Shown: one piece after another, positions 1 through 10,377 of the stretch | Layout of the letters: the number at the start of each line of letters is the position of its first letter | How positions within the stretch are numbered: position 1 is the first letter of the stretch | Position numbers and translations under genes: made by a program | Notes under the pieces: generated by a model | Database searches by the model: none | What the model saw: the letters and a program-made list of their open reading frames with translations, nothing else | Told to the model about the DNA's origin: nothing | Source of the DNA: an uncultured Actinomycetes bacterium | GTDB lineage: Bacteria; Actinomycetota; Thermoleophilia; Gaiellales; Gaiellaceae | Reading direction: 5' to 3' | NCBI GenBank assembly: GCA_963766155.1 | Contig: CAVYAJ010000040.1 | Coordinates: 12,463 to 76,462 of the forward strand | Length of the DNA: 64,000 nt

Positions 1-86
1 TCCTCGGCAACGCACTCTCGGAGGAGGACGAGCGCGCCAAGCTCGCAACCCTCGTGCGCGCCGCCGAGCTGGTCTGGTCGGCATGA
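1..86 (+). CDS. 3' terminal fragment of an unidentified gene (27 codons)
   Basis: Frame ends ...LGNALSEEDERAKLATLVRAAELVWSA then TGA 84-86. The stop overlaps the next start as ATGA. Too short for a family assignment. Confidence 0.3.
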   Translation, partial: LGNALSEEDERAKLATLVRAAELVWSA

Positions 87-1514
87 CGGTCGTCCTCCAG
101 GGAAGCGGGCTGACGGTGGCCGACGTCGTGCGCGTCGCCCGTAACGGCGAGCCGGTCGAGCTCGCACCCGGGGCGGTCGAGCGCATGCGCGAGACGCGAG
201 CGCTCGTGGAACGGGTGGTGGAGCGCGGAGACGAGGTCTACGGCGTCACCACCGGGGTCGGCGCGCGCAAGAAGCACCGCGTGCCTCTCGAGGAGATCCC
301 GGCCTTCAACCGGCGGCTGATCGAGAACCACCGCATCGGGACTGGGCCCGACGCTCCGCCGGAAGTCGTCCGCGCGACGATGCTCCGGCACGCGAACATG
401 CTCGCCAAGGGGACTTCAGGCGTACGGCCGGAGATCGCGGAGCGGATCGTGCGCGCGCTCAACGAGGACGAGCGGCCGCGCGTCCGCATGCTCGGCTCGA
501 TCGGCCAGGGCGACCTCGCGCCGATGGCAGACCTCGCTGCCGGGCTCTTCGAAGACGTCGAGCTCCTCGCCAAGGAGGGCATCGCGCTCATCAACTCGAA
601 CGCGTTCTCGACGGGGCTGGCGTCGCTCGCAATCGCCGACGCCGAGCGGCTCGTGGACACGCTCGACGTCACGGGCGCACTCGACCTCGAGGCCTTCGCC
701 GCGAACCTGACGATGCTCCACCCCGCCATCGCCGAGGTGCGGCCGTATCCCGGGCTCTGCGCCGCGCTCGAGCGGCTGCGCGGCCTTCTCGAAGGGAGCT
801 ACCTCTGGGAGCAGGGCGCCGCGCGAAACCTCCAGGACCCGCTCACGTTCCGCTGCCTCCCGCAGATCCACGGCGCCGCGCGCGACGCGCTCGAGTTCGC
901 GAAGGGACAGCTGGAGATCGAGCTCAACGCCTCGCAAGAGAACCCGCTGGTCATTCCCGACGAGGACCGCATCGTCTCGGTCGCAAACTTCGACGTCCTC
1001 CCGCTCGCCGCCGCGCTGGACTTCCTCCGCGTCGCCCTCGCCCCAACGATCACGAGCGCCTGCGAGCGGCTGCTCAAGCTCCTGCAGGGCCCGCTGACAG
1101 GCCTTCCGGACTCCCTGGCACCCCGGCAGGGCCTCGTGGAGAACTCCCTCGGCGAGCTCGGCGTCGCCGCGCAGGCGTTGACCGCGGAGGCGCGCCTCCT
1201 CGCGCAGCCAGTCTCCTATGAGGTCGTCACCTCGACGCACGCCGAAGGGATCGAAGACCGGATCACCATGGCGCCGCTGGGAGCCCGCCGCCTCTCCGAG
1301 ATGGTCCAGCTCGGAGAGCGCCTTGCCGCGATCGGGTTCACCGTCGCCGCCCAGGCGATCGACTCTGCGGAATCCGTCGGCGCTGGGAGCCGGGACGAAG
1401 CGCGCGTACGACCTCGTCCGCGAGCGCGTCCCGTTCATGGACGAGGGCGACCCCCTCCCGGCCGACCTGGAGCCGGTGCGGGACCTGATCCTCGCGGGCG
1501 CGTTCGTCGCCTAG
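83..1514 (+). CDS. Aromatic amino-acid lyase (HAL/PAL) family protein, divergent, lacking the Ala-Ser-Gly MIO triad; one frame break near 1364
   Basis: Blocks YGVTTGVG, NASQENPLV, ANFDVLPLAAALDFL and IEDRITMAP parallel HAL motifs YGxNTGFG, DNPL, GNFHGEPVA and QEDHVSM. The position of GSVGASGDLAPL reads GSIGQGDLAPM (494-523). The C-terminus LRNPSALGAGTKRAYDLVRERVPFMDEG...AGAFVA continues in the 1218..1514 frame. Confidence 0.8.
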
Positions 1515-1524
1515 ACTGATTCGG

Positions 1525-2553
1525 ATGGCCGGAGCCGGACTTCTCGAGCGCCTCGAGCAGGGGCACGTCATCTGCGCGGAGGGCTACCTCTTCGAGCTCG
1601 AGCGGCGCGGGTTCATCCAGGCCGGCGCATTCGTCCCCGAGGCCGTGCTCGACCACCCGGAGAAGGTGACCGAGCTCCATCGCGAGTTCGTGCACGCGGG
1701 CTCCGACGTCGTCGAGGCGTTCACCTACTACGCGCACCGCGAGAAGATGCGCGTCGTCGGCAAGGAAGGCCTCCTCGAGGAGCTGAACCGAAACGCGCTC
1801 GCGCTCGCGAAGGAGGTCGCCGACGAGACCGGCACGCTCTTCGCCGGCGACATCTGCAACACGAACGTCTTCGACCCCGACGACCCCGAGTCCAAAAAGG
1901 CCGTCCAGGCGATGTTCGACGAGCAGGTCGCGTGGGCCGCCGAGGCGGGCGTCGACTTCGTCATCGCCGAGACCTACTCCTACGCCGAGGAAGCACGCAT
2001 GGCGCTCGAGACGATCAAGGCGGCCGGCCTGCCCGCCGTCGTCACCATGTGCATCCACCAGGAGCCGATGACGCGCGACGGCATGACTCCTGCAGACGCC
2101 TGCGCGATGCTCGAACAGGCGGGCGCCGACGTCGTCGGCCTGAACTGCATCCGGGGCCTCCAGACGACGATGGAGTTGCTGCCGAGCATCCGCAAGCAGG
2201 TCTCGGGCTACGTGGCCGCGCTGCCGGTCCCGTACCACACGACAGCCGAGATGCCGACCTTCCAGAGCCTCCGCCACCCCCGCCTGGACGGCATGCTCTT
2301 CCCCACCGCGCTCGAGCCCTTCGAGTCGACCCGCTTCGAGGTCGCCGAGTTCGCGCGGGGAGCCGATGCGCTCGGCATCCAGTATCTCGGCCTCTGTTGC
2401 GGCAACGCGTCCTACCTGACGCGCTCGCTCGCCGAGGCGCTCGGGCGCACCCCGCCGGCGAGCCGCTACTCGCCGGACATGTCCAAGCATGCGTACTACG
2501 GCACCGACCCGCTCCTGAAGCCGGAGAACCTCGACTTCGCCGACCGGCTCTGA
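1525..2553 (+). CDS. Betaine-homocysteine S-methyltransferase-like (homocysteine-binding domain) methyltransferase
   Basis: Intact 342-aa ORF. Contains [24 protein letters not shown] and [12 protein letters not shown]. Zn-ligand cysteines sit in GLNCIRG and GLCCGN, as in BHMT-type enzymes. An 11-nt gap separates it from the upstream lyase gene. Confidence 0.85.
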   Translation: MAGAGLLERLEQGHVICAEGYLFELERRGFIQAGAFVPEAVLDHPEKVTELHREFVHAGSDVVEAFTYYAHREKMRVVGKEGLLEELNRNALALAKEVADETGTLFAGDICNTNVFDPDDPESKKAVQAMFDEQVAWAAEAGVDFVIAETYSYAEEARMALETIKAAGLPAVVTMCIHQEPMTRDGMTPADACAMLEQAGADVVGLNCIRGLQTTMELLPSIRKQVSGYVAALPVPYHTTAEMPTFQSLRHPRLDGMLFPTALEPFESTRFEVAEFARGADALGIQYLGLCCGNASYLTRSLAEALGRTPPASRYSPDMSKHAYYGTDPLLKPENLDFADRL

Positions 2554-2563
2554 CGCAGCGCGC

Positions 2564-3527
2564 GTGATCCCGGTCCTCATCGACTGCGACCCGGGCCAGG
2601 ACGACGCGCTCGCGCTTCTGCTCGCGCTCGGGAGCCCCGAGCTCGACGTCCTCGGCGTGACCGCGGTGGCCGGAAACCAGACGCTCGACAAGACGACGGC
2701 GAACGCGCTCCGCGTCCTCGAGCTCGCAGGCCGGAACAGATATTCCCGTCGCCGCCGGCGCGGACGGGCCCCTCGCCGGCGCGCTCGTCGTCGCAGCCGA
2801 TGCCCACGGCGAGACCGGGCTCGACGGCGTCGACCTCCCGCCTCCGAGCGCCGAGCCCGTCCCCGAGCACGCGATGGACTTCCTCGCGGCGCAGCTCGAA
2901 GCCTCCGACCGGCCGGTCACGCTCGTCGCGCTCGGCCCGCTCACGAACGTCGCACTCCTCCTCGAGGCGCATCCCGAGGCGGCGGCGAAGATCGACCGCG
3001 TCGTGCTCATGGGCGGCGCGATCCACGAGGGCAACCAGACGCCGTCGGCGGAGTTCAACATCTGGATCGACCCAGAGGCGGCCGCCCGCGTGTTCGAAAG
3101 CGGGCTCGACGTGACCATGGTCGGGCTCGACGTGACGAACAGGGCCGTTCTCTCGAATGCCGACGCCGACAGTCTGCGCGGCGGCGGGCCGGTCGCCGAG
3201 GCCGCAGCGGACATGGTCGGCTTCTATCTCGGCTTCTACAACGACGCATACGACCACGGCGGCGCACCGATCCACGACGCCGTCGCGCTCGCGCACGTCT
3301 TCCGCCCCGACTTCCTCACGGTGGAGGCGCGGCACGTCGAAGTCGACACCTCCGACGGGATCTGCCGCGGCCGCACGGTGGTGGACATGCGCCGCCGCAC
3401 CTCGGGCCCCGAGCCGAACGCGCACGTGGCCGTGGACATCGACGCGGACGGCTTTCGAACCCTTCTTCTGGCGCGCCTGCGCGCCTTCTCGCCAACTTCG
3501 CCGCAGGCCTCCCGTCTGACTTCCTGA
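2564..3527 (+). CDS. Inosine-uridine preferring nucleoside hydrolase family protein; frame break near 2737
   Basis: GTG start. [17 protein letters not shown] carries the aspartate cluster. After the frame change it continues [40 protein letters not shown] (2874..3527 frame). Confidence 0.85.
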
Positions 3528-3541
3528 GAGGGAAGACCCCG

Positions 3542-3570
3542 TTGCCAAAGGCCCCGGGATGAGCTATAAG
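3542..3570 (+). promoter_or_regulatory. Putative sigma-70-type promoter for the ABC importer operon
   Basis: TTGCCA (3542-3547), 17-nt spacer, TATAAG (3565-3570). It lies in the 98-bp gap upstream of the binding-protein gene. GGAAGGAGAGAGG Shine-Dalgarno-like run just before ATG 3626. Confidence 0.4.
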
Positions 3571-3625
3571 CGGGCGTTCCGGGCGAAACCGAAGGCCGCA
3601 CCCTGGCGGAAGGAGAGAGGCCGTA

Positions 3626-5322
3626 ATGGATGACACGCAGCGTCGCGTAGACGCCATCCGTAAGGACCGCAGCGAACTCGAAAACCACATCATCGACGAG
3701 TACTCGGCGGGCAAGATCACGCGGCGGGAGTTCGTGCGCCGCGGCACCGTCGTCGGCATGTCCATCCCGCTGGTCTCGTTTCTCGCGGCGGCCTGCGGAG
3801 GGGGCAGCGGCGGAGAGACAACGGGTGGCGGCACGACGCCGACGGCTACGGGCAGCGTCCAGCCCGGCGGCAACATCCGCGTCGCGCTCATCCAGACCGG
3901 CGACCGAGCCCAACCCTGTCATCGTCAAAGACGAGGGCGGCGCCGGGCTGATCGGCTCGACCGGCGAGTTTCTTTCGTTCTCCAACGCGAAGCTCGAGCT
4001 CGACCGAAATCGCCGAGAGCTGGTCGCCGAACGACGGACGGCACCGAGTGGACCTTCAAGATCCGCCAGGGCGTCACAGTTCCACAGCGGCAAGACGATG
4101 ACGGCGAACGACGTAAAGACCACGTTCGAGACGCTCATCGACCCAAAGAACGCGTCCAACGCGCTCTCAGCGCTCGGCGGCGTGCTCTCGCCCGGGAACA
4201 TCGACGCCCCCGACGACGCAACCGTCGTCTTCAATCTCGACGCGCCGAACGGAAACTTCCCAACGCTCGTCAGCTCGGCCAACTACAACGCGATCATCAT
4301 CCCGGCCGATCTCGACCCGGCCGATTGGGGCAAGACGTTCGACGGCACCGGGCCTTTCAAGCTCGACAGCTTCACGCCGAAACAGGGTGCGAAGTTCTCA
4401 CGCTTCGACGGCTACTGGGGCACGAAGGCGAACCCCGACTCGATGGAGCTCACGTTCTACGACGAAGAGGCGCCTATGGTGCTCGCCATCCAGGGCGACG
4501 AGGTCGACTTCGTCGAGCACTTCTCCGTTTCGGGCGGCAAGGCGCTTCTCTCCGACTCCAACGTTCAGGTGATCTCGGTCGAGACTCGACGCATCGCGAG
4601 ATGCACATGCGTACCGACATGGAGCCCTTCACGGACAAGCGCGTGCGGCAGGCCATCGCCCTCTCGCTGGACCGGAACGCGATGGTCGAGGGCCTTTGGG
4701 ACGGACGAGCAGACCTCGGCAACGACAGCCCGTTCGCACCGCTCTATCCCTCCACGGATCCGAGCGTCCCGCAGCGCGAACAGAACATCGATCAGGCGAA
4801 GCAGCTCCTCGCTGACGCAGGCAAGACGAGCTTCAGCGTGGACCTGAGCACGTGGAACGGCTTCGAGATTCCTGATCTCGCCCAGCTCGTCAAACAGTAC
4901 GCGGAGCAGATCGGGGTCACGGTCAATATCAAGATCGTCGGCGAGCGACGCCGACGTACTACGGAGACGCCGTGTTCGGAAAATCGATCTGGCTCGACTC
5001 GGTGATGGGCATCACCGATTACGGCCACCGGCCGGTGCCGAACGTGTATCTCTCTTCCGCATTCACGAGCAAAGGCACCTGGAACGCGGCTCACTTCAAG
5101 AACGCCCAGGCAGACCAGCTCATCGCCGACTACATCGCGGCCCTCGACATCGATTCCCAGCGTGCCGCAGCCAAGAAGATCCAGGAATTGCTGCTCGACG
5201 AGACTCCGGTCGTGTTTCCCTACTTCTACAACTTCCTCTCGGCCGCCAAGCCGAATCTCAAGAACGCGGTTTCAGCCGCGACCGGCCAGTTCGACCTCTC
5301 GAAGGCCGGCTTCACCAGCTGA
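3626..5322 (+). CDS. ABC transporter substrate-binding lipoprotein, family 5 (peptide/nickel/opine type); frame repeatedly disrupted
   Basis: Tat-like TRREFVRRG followed by lipobox LAAACGG. The body was followed across three frames: FHSGKTMTANDVKTTFETLIDP, GTGPFKLDSFTPKQGAKFSRFDGYWG, MRTDMEPFTDKRVRQAIALSLDR, ETPVVFPYFYNF. Frame changes near 3900, 4005, 4040, 4080, 4585 and 4950. Confidence 0.75.
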
Positions 5323-5388
5323 TCAACGACGACCATGCGGCCGGGGCTTCGGTCCCGGCCGTCTGATCCTAGATCTGTAGGAGCGGCG

Positions 5389-6342
5389 ATGGGGCGATTC
5401 CTCCTCACCCGGCTCGGCCTCGCGGCCATCACGCTGTTCCTCCTCAGCGTGCTCGTCTTCGTGGGCGCGAACCTGCTTCCCGGCGACGTGGCTCGGCGCA
5501 AGCTCGGCAACCTCGCCGACCAGGCGTCCGTCGACCAGCTGAACCACCAGCTCGGCACGGACAAGCCGATCCTCCAGCAGTACTGGAACTGGATCTCCGG
5601 GCTCCTCCACGGCGACCTGGGAACCTCGCTCACCTACCGCCTCCCCGTCAGCCAGCTGATCGGGCCGGCGCTCATGCACTCGCTCAAGCTCGCCGCCTTC
5701 GCGTTCGTCATGGTCGTTCCGCTCGCGATCGTCGGCGGCGTCGTCGCTGCTCTCAAGCGCGACCGGCTCACGGACCGGATCATCACGATCGGCGGCCTCT
5801 CGCTCGCGGTCGTTCCCGAGTTCGTCACGGGGATCGCGCTGATTCTCATTTTCGGGCTCTGGCTGAACCTCTTCCCCGTCAGTGCGAACGCGCCCGACGG
5901 GAGCAACATCCTCACGCAGCTCAAGTACCTCTTCCTCCCTGCGCTCACCCTCGTGATCGTCCTTTTCGGCTACATCAGCCGGATCACGCGCGCCGGCACC
6001 ATCGAGGCGCTCGACGCCGAATACACACGCACCGCCGATGCTCAAGGGTTTGCCGCGACGCACAGTCGTCCGTCGACACGTGCTCCGCAACTCACTCCTG
6101 CCCACGATCGCCGTCATCGCGACGCAGACCGGCTACCTCATCGGCGGCCTCGTCGTCATCGAGACACTGTTCAACTATCCGGGCATGGGCAAGCTGATCT
6201 TCACCGCCGCGAACGGCAAGGACTTTCCGCTCCTCGCCTCAGCGTCCTCATCGTCGGCATCGTGTTCCTCGTCGCGACCCTGCTTGCTGACGTCGCCTAC
6301 TCGCTGCTCAACCCGCGCATCCGTTACGCGACCGCCGAATGA
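5389..6342 (+). CDS. ABC transporter permease (DppB/GsiC-like); frame breaks near 6040 and 6235
   Basis: MGRFLLTRLGLAAITLFLLSVLVFV N-terminus. Contains EYTRTA..KGLPRRTVVRRHVLRNSLLPTIAV (EAA-loop region) and a C-terminal LLADVAYSLLNPRIRY. ATGA overlap with the next gene. Confidence 0.8.
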   Translation: MGRFLLTRLGLAAITLFLLSVLVFVGANLLPGDVARRKLGNLADQASVDQLNHQLGTDKPILQQYWNWISGLLHGDLGTSLTYRLPVSQLIGPALMHSLKLAAFAFVMVVPLAIVGGVVAALKRDRLTDRIITIGGLSLAVVPEFVTGIALILIFGLWLNLFPVSANAPDGSNILTQLKYLFLPALTLVIVLFGYISRITRAGTIEALDAEYTRTADAQGFAATHSRPSTRAPQLTPAHDRRHRDADRLPHRRPRRHRDTVQLSGHGQADLHRRERQGLSAPRLSVLIVGIVFLVATLLADVAYSLLNPRIRYATAE

Positions 6343-7231
6343 CGACGCTCGAAGACCCAACCGCCCCGATCGCGATCCCGATCCGCCCGGACGAGGCGAA
6401 GGTGGAGCGCCACGAGCGCTTCCGGCTTCTCTTCAGGTCGCCGACGTTCTTGCTCGGGCTGTTCCTCGCCGGCATCTGGGTCGATCTGCGCGATCTTCGG
6501 CAACCTGATCACGCCGCACGATCCCGTCGCACCGGACATCCTCAGCAAGTTCGAGGCGCCCTCGGGTCAACACCTCTTCGGAACGGACAAGCTCGGTCAG
6601 GACGTCCTCTCGCGCGTGATCGTCGGCGCGCGCTCCGTTCTCGTGGTCGCACCACTCGCGACCATCCTCGGGACGGTGCTGGGTACGACGATCGGCCTCG
6701 TGACCGGCTACTACCGGGGCTTCGTCGATGAGGCGATCATGCGCGTCGTGGATGCCGTTCTGGCCATCCCCCTGATCATCACCGCGCTAGTCGCCATCAC
6801 GGCCGTGGGGCCGTCGCGTAAGACGCTCGTACTCGTCATCGGCTTCGTGTTCACGCCGATCATCGCCAAGACGGTTCGAGCAGCAGTTCTCGGAGAGGCC
6901 CGGCTCGAGTACGTGCAGGCGGCCCGCCTCCGCAACGAGCACGGCCCATACGTGATGTTCGCCGAGATCCTTCCGAACGTGACCGGGCCAATCATCGTCG
7001 AGTTCACCGTTCGCCTCGGCTACGCCATTTTCACCGTCGCCACGCTTGCGTTCCTCGGCTTCGCCGCTGACCCAACCGTTCCCGACTGGGGCCAGGACAT
7101 CTCCGCCCACTACCCGAGCATCAACGCGCGGCTACTGGTGGCCGGTCCTCTTCCCCTCCCTCGCCATCGCGACGCTCATCGTCGGCATCAACCTGATCGC
7201 AGATGCCGTCGCGCAGCTCTTCGAGCAGATG
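6339..7231 (+). CDS. ABC transporter permease (DppC/GsiD-like); frame breaks near 6485 and 7125; 3' end uncertain
   Basis: Contains FGTDKLGQDVLSRVIVGARSVLVVAP, YVQAARLRNEHGPYVMFAEILPNV and a C-terminal YWWPVLFPSLAIATLIVGINLIADAV. As given there is no stop in this frame before the ATPase start at 7229. Confidence 0.7.
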
Positions 7232-9266
7232 AACGACCCCGCCATCGAGCTCCAGGACCTCGAGATCGCCTACCGCGTGCGTGGCGTAGACCGGCGCGTG
7301 CTCCGCGGCGTTTCGTTCGCGATCGGCCAGGGCGAGTCGTACGGGCTCGTCGGCGAGTCCGGCTGCGGGAAGACGACCGCGGCCTTCGCGATCATGCGCT
7401 ACCTCCCGCGCAACGCGAAGACCCTCGAGCGGCTCGATCCGCCTGAACGGCGAGGACATGCTCGGGATGAGCGGCGGCAGCGTGCGCCGCCTGCACGCGA
7501 CGACGCTCTCGATGGTCTACCAGAACCCGCGTCGGCCCTGAACCCGTCCATCCGGATCGGCCCGCAGCTCACAGAGGTCTTCGCGCTCATCGGGGTGCGA
7601 AAAGGACGAGGCGATGCACCAGAGCGAGGCGATGCTGCACAAGGTGCAGATCTCCGACCCGGAGCGGGTGATGCGCCGCTATCCGCACCAGCTCTCGGGC
7701 GGTATGCAGCAGCGCGTCGTGATCGCGATGGCGCTCGCGAAGAACCCGACGCTCCTCATCCTCGACGAGCCGACGACCGGCCTCGACGCGACGGTCGAGG
7801 CGGAGGTGCTCGACCTCATCGCCGCGCTACGGCAGGAGTTCGGGACGACCGTCCTCTTCATCAGCCACAACCTCGCCGTCATCGCGAAGATGTGCGAGCG
7901 CGTCGGCGTCCTCTACGCGGGTCGACTCGTCGAGGAAGGCGCGGCACAGGAGGTCTTCCACGACCCGCGGCACCCCTACACCGTCGGCCTCCTCCGCTGC
8001 ATCCCGCGCGGCGGCGTCCGCAAGGACGAGACCGCGCTCGACACGATCCCGGCTTCCTCCCCGGCTCGGCGCCGACCTCCCGGGCTGCGTCTTCGAGCCG
8101 CGCTGCGGTCTCGCCAAGGAGGTCTGCCGCGAGCAGGAGCCCGACCTCTATCCCGCTCGGCCACGGACGCGCGAGCCGCTGCCACTTCCACGACCGGGCG
8201 CACGAGCTCCCACGCAGCGACCCCGGCCCGGCTCCCGCTGCGGCGCAGACGGCAACGGCGATCCGCTCCTCGAGGTCGGCACGGCTCGAAGACGTTCAAG
8301 CAGGACGGGCAGGACGTCCAGGCACTCGTCGACGTCTCGCTCGTCGTCCGCCCCGGCGAGGTGCTCGGGCTCGTCGGCGAGTCGGGCAGCGGCAAGACGA
8401 CGCTCGCCCGCGTCCTCCTCGGCCTCACGCTCGGCCGACGAGGGCTCGACGGTGGAGATGGACGGGGAGCCGCTCGCCGGCAAGGTCGAAAAGCGGACGC
8501 ACGGAGCAGGTGCGCTCGCTCCAGATCGTCTTCCAGAACCCCGACGGCGCGCTCAACCGCCGCCACTCCGTGCGCCGCATCGTCGGGCGCGCGCTGGAGA
8601 AGCTCCTGGGTCTGCAGCGGCCGAGAGAGGGACGCGCGCGCGGTCGAGCTCGACGGAGTCGGTGCGCTTCGACAGACACTCATGGGCGCGAAGCCCGCGC
8701 AGCTCTCCGGCGGCCTCAAGCAGCGAGTCGCGATCGCGCGCGCCTTCGCGGGCGAGCCGCGCATCGTCCTCTGCGACGAGCCCACATCGGCCCTCGACGT
8801 CTCGGTGCAGGCGGCGATCCTCAACCTGCTCGTCGAGCTGCAGACACAGAAAGGCGTGAGCTACATCTTCATCTCGCACGACCTCGGCGTCGTCCGCTAC
8901 ATCTCGGACCGGATCGCGGTCATGTACCTCGGCCGCCTGCAGGAGGTCGGCGACGCGGAGACGGTCTTCGGCGGCCCGCACCACCCGTACACGGAGGCGC
9001 TTCTCTCCGCGGTGCCGACTCTCGAGGGCGAGGAGCGGACGCGCATCCGTCTCGAGGGGGAGATCCCGAGCGCGGCCAACCCGCCCTCCGGCTGCGTCTT
9101 CCACACGCGCTGTCCGCGGTTCCTCGGCGAGATCTGCGTGCAGGAGGAGCCGCCGCTCGCCGAGGTCGAGCCCGGTCACCTCATGCGCTGCCACATCCCC
9201 GTCGAAGAGCTTCGGCGCCTGCAGGCCGAGGCGCCGCCGCGCGCTCAGGCGAAGACGACGACCTGA
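7229..9266 (+). CDS. Tandem (two-domain) ABC transporter ATP-binding protein, GsiA-like; frame disrupted many times
   Basis: First domain: Walker A GESGCGKTT, signature LSGGMQQRV, Walker B LLILDEPTTGLD. Second domain: GESGSGKTT, LSGGLKQRVAIA, IVLCDEPTSALD. Oligopeptide-type C-terminal Cys motifs (PPSGCVFHTRCP). At least 8 frame changes between 7425 and 8700. Confidence 0.75.
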
Positions 9267-10349
9267 CGGACGACGTCGCCGGCTCTCAGCCGGTCGAACG
9301 CGTCCGGAAGCTCGGCGAGCGGGAGCTTGCGGCTGACGAGCCTGTCGAGGTCGAGCGCGCCCGAGTGGTAGAGGTCGACGAGGCGCGGCACGTCCTCCTG
9401 GATGCGCGCAGAGCCGAGGAAGGTGCCCTTGAGCGTCTTCTCCGACATGAACTGCCACGGGTCGATCGTGAGGCTGCTCCCCCGCGGCATGATCCCGACG
9501 ACGACGACGGTGCCGCCTGCCCGGGTCGCCTTCCAGGCCTCCTGGATCGCCCGCTCCGAGCCGATCGCCTCGAACGCGTAGTCGGGGCCGCCGCCGGTGA
9601 CGTCCTTCACCGCGGCGACGGCGTCCAACCCCTCGCCCGCGTGGACGACGTCGGTCGCGCCTAGCTCCCTGGCGAGCTCGAGCTTCTCCGCCCGCGTGTC
9701 CACTGCGACGATCCGGGAGGCACCGGCCAGCCGCGCTCCCTGGACGACGTTCGCGCCCACCCCGCCGCAGCCCCACACGGCGACGGTGGCGCCCTCCTCT
9801 ACCCCAGCCGTGTTGGCGACCGCGCCGTAGCCGGTCAGCACCGAGCAGCCGACGAGCGCCGCCGAGTCGAGCGGGACGTCGTCGCGGATCTTGACCGCGG
9901 CGGACTCGGGCACGACCGCGTGGCCGGCGAACGACGAGATGGAGTTGAAGTGGTGCAGCGTCGTCCCGTTCAGGCTCAGGCGGCTCGTGCCGTCGGCGAG
10001 CGTCCCCTCGGCCGCCATGCGAGCGCCGAGAGCGCAGAAGTTGGGACGGCCCCGGCGGCACTCCTCGCACTCGCCACACGAAGGGACGAGCGCGAGCACG
10101 ACGTGGTCGCCCGGCTGGAGCGACTGTACGCCGGGCCCGGCCTCCTCGACGACTCCCGCCGCCTCGTGACCGAGGACGAGCGGAAGCGGCTCGGGCAGGT
10201 GCGCCGTCCACGACGTGGAGGTCGCTGTGGCACACCCCGCAAGCCGCGATCCTGACGAGAACCTCGCCCTCCTTCGGCGCGGCGAGATCGACCTCGAGGA
10301 TCTCCACCGGCCTGCCCGGCTCCCAGAGGACAGCCGCTTGCGTCTTCAT
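9245..10349 (-). CDS. Zn-dependent alcohol dehydrogenase, class III-like; frame break near 10200
   Basis: MKTQAAVLWEPGRPVEILEV...ACGVCHSDLH carries the catalytic Zn ligands. Structural Zn CGECEECRRGRPNFC and Rossmann VWGCGGVG are present. The N-terminal ~50 codons lie in the 8553..10622 frame, the rest in 9245..10099. Confidence 0.85.
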
Positions 10350-10365
10350 GCGGCGAGCGTAGCCG

Positions 10366-10371
10366 TAGAAT
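10366..10371 (+). promoter_or_regulatory. Possible -10 element for a leaderless transcript of the ADH-Fae operon
   Basis: TAGAAT at 10366-10371, 6 nt upstream of the GTG start at 10378, in the 28-bp divergent spacer. No Shine-Dalgarno sequence fits in between. Confidence 0.3.
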
Positions 10372-10377
10372 CGGCGC

